Position numbers and translations under genes: made by a program
In this document: positions 55,881 through 64,000 of the stretch, piece after piece
Layout: each line of letters begins with the position of its first letter
Numbering within the stretch: position 1 is the stretch's first letter
The notes under the pieces: model-generated
The model's input: only the letters and a program-made list of their open reading frames with translations
What the model was told of the DNA's origin: nothing
The model's database searches: none
Origin: Candidatus Moranbacteria bacterium GW2011_GWC2_40_12
Lineage (GTDB): Bacteria; Patescibacteriota; Minisyncoccia; Moranbacterales; UBA11712
Assembly: GCA_000995965.1 (NCBI GenBank)
Contig: LBYD01000001.1
Span: forward strand, 207,265 to 271,264
Reading direction: 5' to 3'
DNA length: 64,000 nt

Positions 55881-57935
55881 CTAATCAATATCAAAACTAA
55901 TCTCGTTTCCCATAACCGCAGTCCATGTTCCGGGACCCTGATGGAATGATTCTTCGTTCAAAATCATTCCCAAGTTATAAGTTCCCGAAGCAAGTATCAT
56001 GCCGCCGCAAGAGCCTCTTTCGATTTGGCCATTAACATTTCCAGCAGCACAAAGATTCAATGCTGGATGAAGCGGATCAAGAAACGCCAACAGGTTGTTA
56101 TTGCTCTGGCCGCACGTACCGCCACTGCACCACAGCACGTGATAACTGGAATCAGTTGTCACTGACTTTGTAGCATTGCCGCTGGCATCGGCCGTAATAT
56201 AGCCCCAGACCAGATAACCGCTGATGCAATGGGTTCCGCCTTTGTAAATTGAATTGCTGGCATAACCCGCATCATTAGTATTAGCGTTTGTTGTATTATC
56301 CCACCATCGTCCTTTATTGCCGATGTATTCATTGGCCAGATCATCTCCGCTGGCTCCATATTTGCAAGTTGGTTTGCCATCGAATTTCAACTGATAAGTC
56401 GCATATGGTTTCAGTCCTGTTGCCGTGACTGTGCCGGACAATTTGTCATTCGCGGGTGTGTCATAAGCAAAGCTCACATTTGCGGTGCTGTAATTATGGA
56501 TATAGCCATATTGAGAAGCCGCGCCTAAGTCATTTAGAGTGATAGTTTCGGTACTGACCACATCCGTGTCATCGTAAAAGATGACCGAGGTCTCCCAGAG
56601 ATATGGTGAAGGATTCCATGTATTTAAAATGTGGTTCGTAGCATCATAATCAGCCGAAAGAACCATAATAATTTTTGCACCAATTTCGGTACCCCCATTT
56701 CCCGGATAATTCTTATCGTCAGAATTGGGCAAGTCAGTGTCTAGGTCAGGACTTCCCGATAATGTTAGATCACCGCTTCCGTTGGTAGATCCACTTCCAA
56801 TTAATTTACCGGTGAGGTGATTCATGCCGTTTCCGGCCCAAGGATCAGCATAATAAATCAAACTGTATGCTGTGCCTGATATTAGTCCGTGACCGCTAAA
56901 ACTATAATCAAAAGTCGGACCAGATTCATTAAAAGTTAAATCACCATATGTTCCGTCATCTATAACATGCCAATCGTCGGTAACAAATTTGTTTTCCAGC
57001 CTCACTGTTTCATGTCCATTGCCCGCCGCTTGGCAGGCGGTGTCCGCATTGCAATCACTATCTCCGCAATCAGCAAAACCGTCACAATCATTATCTATCG
57101 CATCACCACAAATCTCCGCAACCGGCGTGCAAGCCGGTTCTTCATTACCACCGTTTATTTCTGAACATTTGAAATTTTCGTTATGCCTTGACTGCTCGAC
57201 ATAAAATTTCACATCGGCGGATATGGAATCAGTTTGAGTGTCATTATGCTCGCCCAATTTGTCGCAGGAAATTGTGTGGCTTGTTTCATCAACTACCATT
57301 GTTCCGAAGCACCATTTGAGGCCGATATTTTTCGTCTGTCCACCCATGATCGGATTGCCACCAGTGGTCGAATCAGCCAAAGCGTAGGTTTTCCCATTGA
57401 GGATATCGCTCGCCGGACCGAATTTATTTGAGAATAACAATGGCTCGCCACTTTCCCAAACTTTGTCTCCGTTATCGGCCCAGGCGGTAAAAAACAAATT
57501 TTGCGCCAGCTCTCCCTGATCCGCAGCTGTTCCGCAAGTTTCGTCATTTGCTTTTTCTTCTGGATCATTGCAATCATTCTCATCATTTTTCAAATTGTCG
57601 ATCGTGAGACATGCCCACGCATCATTGTCGTCAATATGCAAACTTATGGTATTTTCGCCAAAATCACCCGGCTTAATGTCCGAAAAATTGAAAAACTTGT
57701 CCGAAGTCGGGATCAAATCCTTCAACTCCCACTCTCCGCATTGGCTTGAGGATTGGCCGTTGTAGGAGCAATGACTGTCTATTTTCAAATCAATCTCTCC
57801 CGCTCTAAATATGTTTCCCGCCGCGGTTTCCGTATCCGAAAAAAACGAATACGTTGAGTATCCCGCAATAGCGGCAACTCCGATCACCACCGCGAAACTT
57901 TTGATTATTTTTCTCATACATTTGTATTTCTGCAA
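55881..57935 (-). CDS. TasA/camelysin-like secreted protein with SipW-cognate-type signal peptide (684 aa)
   Basis: N-terminus IAGYSTYSFFSDTETAAGNIFRAGEIDL matches the SipW-cognate signal class. Also has a Cys-rich CGDAIDNDCDGFADCGDSDC module. Confidence 0.5.
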   Translation of the reverse strand: MQKYKCMRKIIKSFAVVIGVAAIAGYSTYSFFSDTETAAGNIFRAGEIDLKIDSHCSYNGQSSSQCGEWELKDLIPTSDKFFNFSDIKPGDFGENTISLHIDDNDAWACLTIDNLKNDENDCNDPEEKANDETCGTAADQGELAQNLFFTAWADNGDKVWESGEPLLFSNKFGPASDILNGKTYALADSTTGGNPIMGGQTKNIGLKWCFGTMVVDETSHTISCDKLGEHNDTQTDSISADVKFYVEQSRHNENFKCSEINGGNEEPACTPVAEICGDAIDNDCDGFADCGDSDCNADTACQAAGNGHETVRLENKFVTDDWHVIDDGTYGDLTFNESGPTFDYSFSGHGLISGTAYSLIYYADPWAGNGMNHLTGKLIGSGSTNGSGDLTLSGSPDLDTDLPNSDDKNYPGNGGTEIGAKIIMVLSADYDATNHILNTWNPSPYLWETSVIFYDDTDVVSTETITLNDLGAASQYGYIHNYSTANVSFAYDTPANDKLSGTVTATGLKPYATYQLKFDGKPTCKYGASGDDLANEYIGNKGRWWDNTTNANTNDAGYASNSIYKGGTHCISGYLVWGYITADASGNATKSVTTDSSYHVLWCSGGTCGQSNNNLLAFLDPLHPALNLCAAGNVNGQIERGSCGGMILASGTYNLGMILNEESFHQGPGTWTAVMGNEISFDID

Positions 57936-58046
57936 ATTTCTCTTCCCGCCTCAAACGAAATCAACAGATCAGATATTAATTCACACTTAAAACCTCAATC
58001 CTCCCGCCCAAAGCCTATTGAGCGAGAGAGAAAGGCTTCATCCTGT

Positions 58047-59237
58047 TTAGTTATCCGTGTCGTTGTAGTGGATGTAAACATTACCTTCGAACAGCCAATT
58101 GTCATCTGGTGCCCAGGGACTAACGCTGGTGCCGGTATAGTTGGCACTTGGTATCAGCCAGATTTTGGCGCCGGTTCCGAAATTAGCGTCCGCAGGAGCT
58201 GGCAAATCCATTCCGAGATCTATTACTTGAGCTCCCGAATTAATCCCCCCGCTTCCATCGGTAGTATATGTCCCGATAAGCTTTCCGGGATTATTTCCTG
58301 GAAAAGGATCGGCATAATATATCAAGCTATAGGGAGTATTGATTGGGAGACTTTGTGCAGTTAGGGTGTAATTGAATGTCGGACCATCTCCCTGCCAAGT
58401 CAATGTTGCGGATTTCGCATCATTGGTGATGGGTGTCCAAGGACCTGTCGCATTTTGCGTTTCGTTTTCCAGAGTGAGTGTCTGTGTTCCTTGCAGGGGT
58501 GCGAAATGTGTTGCGCATGAGAAGTCAGAATTATTCCTTTCTTGCTCGACATAGAAAACCAAATCGCCACCCAGTTTGTCTGTTTGCACTTCATTGCCTG
58601 TGGTTGTAGGAACAGACCACGCAATCCCGAGACATTGCTCCCCAACAGGGAGGGCATGGTTTTTCCCAAGCATTGATTGATCTGTTGTATCCGCGACTGG
58701 AAGCACGAACGATGTTTGATTGCCCACTTGCGTCATAAATGTGCTTAACGGAACATTATTTGCGAGCACTTGCTCGGTTCCGCTTTGGTCATTATCGCAA
58801 CTTTCTCCAGCTCCAGCTCCGTCATCTATCCAGATTGTAAGATTTAAGTGTTGGTCCAACTCACCATTTCCGTTTTGTGTGCAAACTGATTCGGCAGCCA
58901 ATTCAGGATCGTTGCACTCATTATCACTGTCGACAACGTTATTCACTTGCACGCATGCCCAAGCAGGATTGCTGGTGAGATTAAACTTCAAAGTGCTTTC
59001 ACCACTGTCCCCGGGCTTAACATCGGTACAATTGAAGATCGGACCACCGACTGTATTACTAAATTGGCAAGCTCCATTTGTCGCTTTATCGGTATGAGTG
59101 ACAGTCAAATCAATCGCTCCCGCGGTGAATGTGTTCCCCGTCGAAGTCTCCGTGTCAGAGAAGAACGAATACGTCGCGTATCCGGCGATGGCCGCCACCA
59201 CGAGAACCAGCGCCGAACTTCGAAATATTTTTTTCAT
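58047..59237 (-). CDS. TasA/camelysin-like secreted protein, paralog 2 (396 aa)
   Basis: IAGYATYSFFSDTETSTGNTFTAGAIDL N-terminus. Core is paralogous to the upstream gene. Confidence 0.5.
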   Translation of the reverse strand: MKKIFRSSALVLVVAAIAGYATYSFFSDTETSTGNTFTAGAIDLTVTHTDKATNGACQFSNTVGGPIFNCTDVKPGDSGESTLKFNLTSNPAWACVQVNNVVDSDNECNDPELAAESVCTQNGNGELDQHLNLTIWIDDGAGAGESCDNDQSGTEQVLANNVPLSTFMTQVGNQTSFVLPVADTTDQSMLGKNHALPVGEQCLGIAWSVPTTTGNEVQTDKLGGDLVFYVEQERNNSDFSCATHFAPLQGTQTLTLENETQNATGPWTPITNDAKSATLTWQGDGPTFNYTLTAQSLPINTPYSLIYYADPFPGNNPGKLIGTYTTDGSGGINSGAQVIDLGMDLPAPADANFGTGAKIWLIPSANYTGTSVSPWAPDDNWLFEGNVYIHYNDTDN

Positions 59238-59420
59238 TTTATTTTCTCTTATAATTTAATTTTGCGATAATTCTTTGTCTCCCTAAAGTATAAATTGAGA
59301 GTTTTCACCCTCCCCCTATGAGGGAGAGTCTTGAATCATCACGATTTTTTTGGCATTTTCGCAGTACCCGCGTCGACTTTTTTTCTATTATTTAAATTTT
59401 GTTATTTTTGAAATTGGCAA

Positions 59421-60317
59421 TCAATCCCTACACCGATCTTCACAATGATGACAGGTATTCTGGCACGGTTGGCAGGATTCGCTGCCTTTGGCGGTGAAGC
59501 GGAGATCAAATTTCAGGCTGTCAGTCTGGGCTTCGTTGCCGACTGTTTCCGGCAATCTCCAGGCAAAACCGATATAGTATGTCACTCCCTCGATGAGCCG
59601 CCCGTCGCGCGCCACTCCGTGGCAGACATTTTTTTTGCATTTTTTTCCATCGCCGTCGCCATCCGCGTTTTGGCAATCGTTCCAATATTTTTGCCGGTTG
59701 GTTCGCAGAAATTTGCGCAGTTCAAAAGTTTTGGGACATTTCCGAAGACTTGTCCAGTCCATCATCAGCGCATCTTTTTCGTTGTATATATTATCTCCTT
59801 CTCCCGGATCAGTTTTTCCCTGAAAACCAAGGATTCTTCCCTGATCAAGCCAAATCTGAAATTCAATGGATTCGCGCATTTCTCCGTTTTTTTCTTTGCT
59901 CCCAGGGTTTTTCCCCCGGCAGTCGCGGTCAATTCTCGTTTTTGTCTCCGGTTCCACGCACTTGTTGCCTCGATCAAGAATGTCTTTGATGGTCATTTCC
60001 CCGCAGGCATCGCCGCCCGTCACCGTGAGATCAATCGTGACTTCGCCATAGTCTCCGGGCTTCAAGTCCGGAAAATTGAAGAATTTGTGCCGGCAGTTGA
60101 GATCCGCCTCCTCCCAATTGCCAAAGCCTTGGCAAAGCGCGCCGTTGAACTGGCAGACGCTCGAAACCTTGAGATCCAATTTGCGGTGTTGCGGCTCAGG
60201 TTTGGACTTCGGAAGAAAAAAATTCCCCGGCTTGGCGAAGGAATAGTAGGCAGCTCCGCAAGTCAAAGCGGCTGAGACGAAAACGAGAGTTGCTTTTGAG
60301 AAAAAATATTTCAGCAT
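59421..60317 (-). CDS. TasA/camelysin-like secreted protein, divergent paralog 3 (298 aa)
   Basis: Shares the KFFNF(S/P)D(I/L)KPGD(F/Y)GE block with the two upstream paralogs. Different signal peptide. Confidence 0.4.
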   Translation of the reverse strand: MLKYFFSKATLVFVSAALTCGAAYYSFAKPGNFFLPKSKPEPQHRKLDLKVSSVCQFNGALCQGFGNWEEADLNCRHKFFNFPDLKPGDYGEVTIDLTVTGGDACGEMTIKDILDRGNKCVEPETKTRIDRDCRGKNPGSKEKNGEMRESIEFQIWLDQGRILGFQGKTDPGEGDNIYNEKDALMMDWTSLRKCPKTFELRKFLRTNRQKYWNDCQNADGDGDGKKCKKNVCHGVARDGRLIEGVTYYIGFAWRLPETVGNEAQTDSLKFDLRFTAKGSESCQPCQNTCHHCEDRCRD

Positions 60318-60359
60318 TTTTGGATGAAAGTTTATTTTCCCTAATTCGTAAATAAAAAA

Positions 60360-60404
60360 GCCAGCACAAAGCCGCTATCCCCACGATAACGAACTAGTGC
60401 TGGC
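60360..60404 (-). terminator. intrinsic terminator after the 946-aa gene
   Basis: gccagcac ... gtgctggc 8-bp stem. Followed on the minus strand by UUUUUUAUUU. Confidence 0.5.
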
Positions 60405-60933
60405 TTTTGGTTTGTTTTGGCTATTTCTTGGCACTGTTTGGAAAACAAAAAAACACCGACCTAAAAACGCCAGACCATGACGATTTCGGATCGGTTTTTT
60501 TCCATATGATCACCCTTCATATGTTTTTCCTTTTCTCACAAAAAAAAAGAAGCGTTGTTTTTTTGACTTCTTTAGTTTTGTTTTTTATTTTTTATTGTTA
60601 ATTTATTTTACATTCTTTCGCGAAAGCTAGCAAAGGCAAAAAGTGGATAACTCAGCAAGAATTCTTTTTTTGTGTCGTAATTAATAATTTTACTATTTCG
60701 CATTTCACGAAACATGCTCTTTTGGAATCGGAAATCCTATATTTTTTCTTTTTCGGTTCGGAAATAGAAATAATAATGGATCAGGAGTATCCCGCCGACA
60801 AGCGCCAGCCACCACCAGACCTGCTGGCACTCGTATTGCTGCCACCAAAGAAAAGCCAAAGCACTGGCTCCGAGGGGAATGACATAAGTCCGCAAAAATT
60901 TTTCCAGCCGGGTTTTCATAAGTTGATGCCTTT

Positions 60934-63774
60934 CTATCGCCTTATTATTTCTTTCTGGCGCAGAAGAGCCCAGTGAACCGCCGCGAAATAGAGGAATGCC
61001 GCCGCCGCCCAGCCCCACCAGGGAAGAGTGCGGCAAATGCCGTTGGTCCACGCGCCCAGAACCTTTCCGTCCCCAGCAAGCGCTTCAGCAGCCTCCGCGG
61101 TTTCGACAAAGGCTGTTTCTCCGGCGCCGACGAGGCTGACCGGAGGATTGTCGGCAGATGTATAATAATAGTAATAATAGTTTTCCTCCTGATTTTTTCT
61201 GCCGTTCACGTCAACCAATATTTTCGCCTCATTGCCCCAAACTTCGCTTCCTGTTTCGTCAAATCCGCTCGCGACAGCGGTATTCCTGTAGTCTCCGGTC
61301 GGCGCCCCTAAATTCACCATCAATTTATAGGTCACAATGGCTTTTTTCCCGGCTTCCAGCTTTTCCACCTTCCAGGAATAATCTCCGGCGCCGCCATTTT
61401 TATTCATGATTTTGTCGCTGACAACAATATCGCTTATGGTTGAGTTTCCCGTGTTCGTCACAATGATCGTGTGCTTGGCAATCTGGCCCACTTCCATTTT
61501 TTTCTTCGAAGAACTGCGGGTTATAAAAAGGGCCGAATTTATCCGGGACGTTTCGCTTTCGCCAAATTCGGAACCGGTTTGTCCGCTTTCTCCGTTTTGG
61601 CTGTTTTCCTGGTTCGCGCCGCTTTTCGCCAGGCTCCAGACTTCGGTCTGATCCGCCGCGACATTGTTCGCGAGCTCGACTTCTTTGGTCCCGGTCGCGA
61701 CCGCCGCCTCGCTTTCAAGAAATGCTGTACTTTCAGGCAAATCATCGCTCACAACCACATTCACGAAAAAAGATCCTTCTTCCCCGGCTTTGAGTCCCTC
61801 AAGAGTCCAGGAAAGATCATTTCCTTCGCGCCACGGACCGGTGCCGCTCGAATCAGACTGGAAATCCACCCCGTCCGGAAGATGCAAACCCGCGTTCAAA
61901 TTTTCGCAATCAGCCCGCCCGTCGTTTTTGTAGGTAATCTTATAAGCATAGGAATCGCCTTTTTTCACTTTAGAGACATTGTCGGCCAGTGATACGGAAA
62001 GGTCCGGATAGGCAAATTCGACATCGCCTTGCCAGCTGCCGAAAATATTCACGACCGCAAACATCCAGTTCGAGCCGATGAAATTGTTGTTGACAAGATT
62101 GTATATTTTTGAAAAAGCATAGGCGTTTCCGGTGGTGATATTCGCGCCGCCGCCTTCGCTTTCGATTTCATTTCCGCCGGTGTTCGCGGTCGTCGTCACG
62201 TTGTTTTCAACATCCGCTTCGTTGCGGATGAATATTTTTGTCAGCCAGCTGGCGAGTCCGCCGTCCTCTGAATTTTCATCTTCTTCGAAATCAAAACTGA
62301 AAACCGTTTCATAGCCGTTTTTTTCACTGTTCCAGTTGAGAACATTTCCCACCCAGTTACCCATATTGTTGATAGCAAGAAAAAACCAGTTGCTCCCGAC
62401 AACCGTTGATCCGACTTGGTTTATGACGCCGTTCTCGGAATAGGCGCTTCCGGTGTCGATTGCAGAGCTCCCGCCCTCAGTTTCGATTTCATTTAGGCCG
62501 GTTGTTGCGGAAGTTTGGACGTTGTTCTCAATGTCCGTATCGTTTTCGACATCGACGATGAAATTGTCGGGCTGGCCACTCGCCGGGACCGAAAGCAGTC
62601 CTTCGCCCGGCACAATGAGATCCCCGATCCAGTTTCCGAAAATATTGATTACGGCAAAAAGAAAATTATTCCCAACAATGTTATTGTTGACGATATTCGC
62701 GACATTTGCGACCGCGATCGCGTCGCCGGTTGTGATGAGAGAATCGCCATTCTCTGTTTCGTTCGAAATTTCATTTTGGCCGGAACTGGCTTCGGTGACC
62801 ACGTCGTTATCGATATCCGCTTCGTTTTCGATCGAAATTTCTACCGCGTCGAAAGCGGAAAGATTGCTGTTATTCGTGTTTTCGGCATTTTCCAGAAGCG
62901 AATTGAATGTTTCGAGAAGATTTATGTCTCCCTCGACGTTGCCATAAATATTCTCGACAGTTTCAATTCCGTTGTCACCGACAACGTTTGTATTCACTTC
63001 ATTGACGACATTCGTCGCGGCCACCGCGTCACCAGTGGAGATTTCGGCCAAAGCATCCTCCGACAGCGCTTCTTCTTCAATATTTTCATCCTTTTCCCGC
63101 CTGCTTGAATTGTCTTCTCGATCATCTCTGTCATTTTCCGGTGTCGCAGCCTCATCGGGAGTCAATTGCTCCTCCGGAGCGGCTTCCGGCAGGACAGTTG
63201 AAGCGGCGTCCGAACCTGCTTCTTCCTGAACAAGAGAAAGATCGCTTGCATCAAACAATGGCACATCACGAACCGGCCCCGGTTCTTTGAGATCTGTTTC
63301 ATTTTGGCCGGTATTCGCGGCTGTTTCAATATCGTTATTAATATCAGCGTCATTCTCGATTTCAATTTTCTCGGTAAGACAAATTTCAATTTCCCCGCAG
63401 GTCGTCATTTTTTTGCATTCTCCGCATTCACTTTCGTCCTGAAAATCATCAAAAAGGTCGTCCAGCTGGCACGTTTTCCAAAATTCTTCCGGACTTTCCT
63501 CCGCCTCGGCCGCAGTTTCTTCTTCAGCGGCGCCTTTTTTTTCATCCGGAACGCTTGTATCGGCCAATTTCTCGGTTTCAATGGCTTCTTCTTCGATGGA
63601 CTCCTCCACGGCAGGCTCTTCCTCTTGCTCCGGCGAGGCTTGTTCCACCTGTTCATTCGGGACGGTTTCAGCTTTTGCAACCAAGACTGGCAAGCCGCAC
63701 TGAAAAAAAGCCAGTTGGGCTGCCAGCGCGAAATGGAATATTATTTTGAAAAATTTTTTCTGCCTGATTTTCAT
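60934..63774 (-). CDS. giant secreted acidic repeat protein with DUF11-like domains and C-terminal hydrophobic anchor (946 aa)
   Basis: Signal peptide. Four copies of an about 45-aa motif (TGDA ... N(I/V)VNNN(I/F)(I/V)G(S/N)N(W/F)(F/M)FA(V/I)(I/V)N(I/N)(F/M)G(N/S)W(I/Q)G). Two DUF11-like beta domains. C-terminal WWGWAAAAFLYFAAVHWALLRQKEIIRR. Confidence 0.5.
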   Translation of the reverse strand: MKIRQKKFFKIIFHFALAAQLAFFQCGLPVLVAKAETVPNEQVEQASPEQEEEPAVEESIEEEAIETEKLADTSVPDEKKGAAEEETAAEAEESPEEFWKTCQLDDLFDDFQDESECGECKKMTTCGEIEICLTEKIEIENDADINNDIETAANTGQNETDLKEPGPVRDVPLFDASDLSLVQEEAGSDAASTVLPEAAPEEQLTPDEAATPENDRDDREDNSSRREKDENIEEEALSEDALAEISTGDAVAATNVVNEVNTNVVGDNGIETVENIYGNVEGDINLLETFNSLLENAENTNNSNLSAFDAVEISIENEADIDNDVVTEASSGQNEISNETENGDSLITTGDAIAVANVANIVNNNIVGNNFLFAVINIFGNWIGDLIVPGEGLLSVPASGQPDNFIVDVENDTDIENNVQTSATTGLNEIETEGGSSAIDTGSAYSENGVINQVGSTVVGSNWFFLAINNMGNWVGNVLNWNSEKNGYETVFSFDFEEDENSEDGGLASWLTKIFIRNEADVENNVTTTANTGGNEIESEGGGANITTGNAYAFSKIYNLVNNNFIGSNWMFAVVNIFGSWQGDVEFAYPDLSVSLADNVSKVKKGDSYAYKITYKNDGRADCENLNAGLHLPDGVDFQSDSSGTGPWREGNDLSWTLEGLKAGEEGSFFVNVVVSDDLPESTAFLESEAAVATGTKEVELANNVAADQTEVWSLAKSGANQENSQNGESGQTGSEFGESETSRINSALFITRSSSKKKMEVGQIAKHTIIVTNTGNSTISDIVVSDKIMNKNGGAGDYSWKVEKLEAGKKAIVTYKLMVNLGAPTGDYRNTAVASGFDETGSEVWGNEAKILVDVNGRKNQEENYYYYYYTSADNPPVSLVGAGETAFVETAEAAEALAGDGKVLGAWTNGICRTLPWWGWAAAAFLYFAAVHWALLRQKEIIRR

Positions 63775-63818
63775 TTGCTTCCCACTCGCCCTCCTCCGCG
63801 TTGCTTATTTTGGATTTT

Positions 63819-64000
63819 TTAGCTGAAAAGTGAAACTACTCTCTCGAAAATGCTCCGGGCGGTTTCTGAAATGCTTTCGGCTGTCCGGGCAAATATATTT
63901 TTCTCATCAGCCACTGGCTCGCCCATCTCGGGGCTGTTCACTTCTTCTTGGTCTTCTTTCTCGGCGATGGCCGGATCGCTTTCGACCGGCGTGACGTCGA
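63819..64000 (-). CDS. C-terminal fragment of an acidic protein (gene continues beyond window)
   Basis: Open frame from the window edge to TAA at 63819-63821 (...DVTPVESDPAIAEKEDQEEVNSPEMGEPVADEK...). Confidence 0.3.
   Translation of the reverse strand, partial: DVTPVESDPAIAEKEDQEEVNSPEMGEPVADEKNIFARTAESISETARSIFERVVSLFS

Noticed and set aside
60737-61051. 104-aa minus-strand ORF overlapping the 3' end of the 946-aa gene in another frame (possible frameshift extension).
   Set aside because: The 946-aa protein already ends with a complete hydrophobic anchor plus basic tail. The overlapping ORF is short and Trp/Gly-rich with no support, so it is treated as spurious.

Overview
This 64 kb window is AT-rich and reads like a small-genome bacterium of the Patescibacteria/CPR type (inference only). 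It is mostly minus-strand coding.

Core genes:
- tsf, rpsB, rpmE and prfA-prmC sit near the start.
- A contiguous infA-rpmJ-rpsM-rpsK-rpsD-rpoA-rplQ-rplM-rpsI block follows.
- rpmG, tRNA-Trp and two tRNA-Thr genes lie further on.
- Several ribosomal proteins carry Lys/Glu-rich extensions.
- rpmJ, rpmG and all tRNAs are absent from the ORF track and were read by eye.

Envelope genes:
- An FtsA/PilM-like actin ATPase is paired with a large membrane protein.
- There is a secreted PGRP-type amidase, and a secreted RlpA-like protein.
- A complete dTDP-rhamnose pathway (rfbABCD) sits with a GT4 glycosyltransferase, a UDPGP-like pyrophosphorylase, a Wzz-like protein, a PgaC-like GT2 synthase, two polysaccharide deacetylases and a DUF4012 protein.
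- Two MacAB-like ABC efflux operons are present.

Accessory and unusual content:
1. An intact tRNA-Thr(GGU) is nested between the two halves of a second, interrupted tRNA-like gene.
2. A roughly 600 bp non-coding island at about 65 % GC is driven by a consensus sigma70-like promoter and opens with a Shine-Dalgarno-led 28-codon Cys-rich sORF.
3. A RAYT/IS200-like Y1 HUH transposase is flanked by identical 27 bp palindrome-bearing direct repeats, inserted just downstream of an efflux operon.
4. A TTCGTAA heptamer array motif recurs in seven promoter or leader regions.
5. A two-copy AT-rich imperfect-palindromic repeat family lies upstream of two genes.
6. A locus encodes a SipW-type signal peptidase, three TasA/camelysin-like proteins, a lamin-tail-domain protein and a 946-aa repeat adhesin-like protein.

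No rRNA and no CRISPR array were seen.
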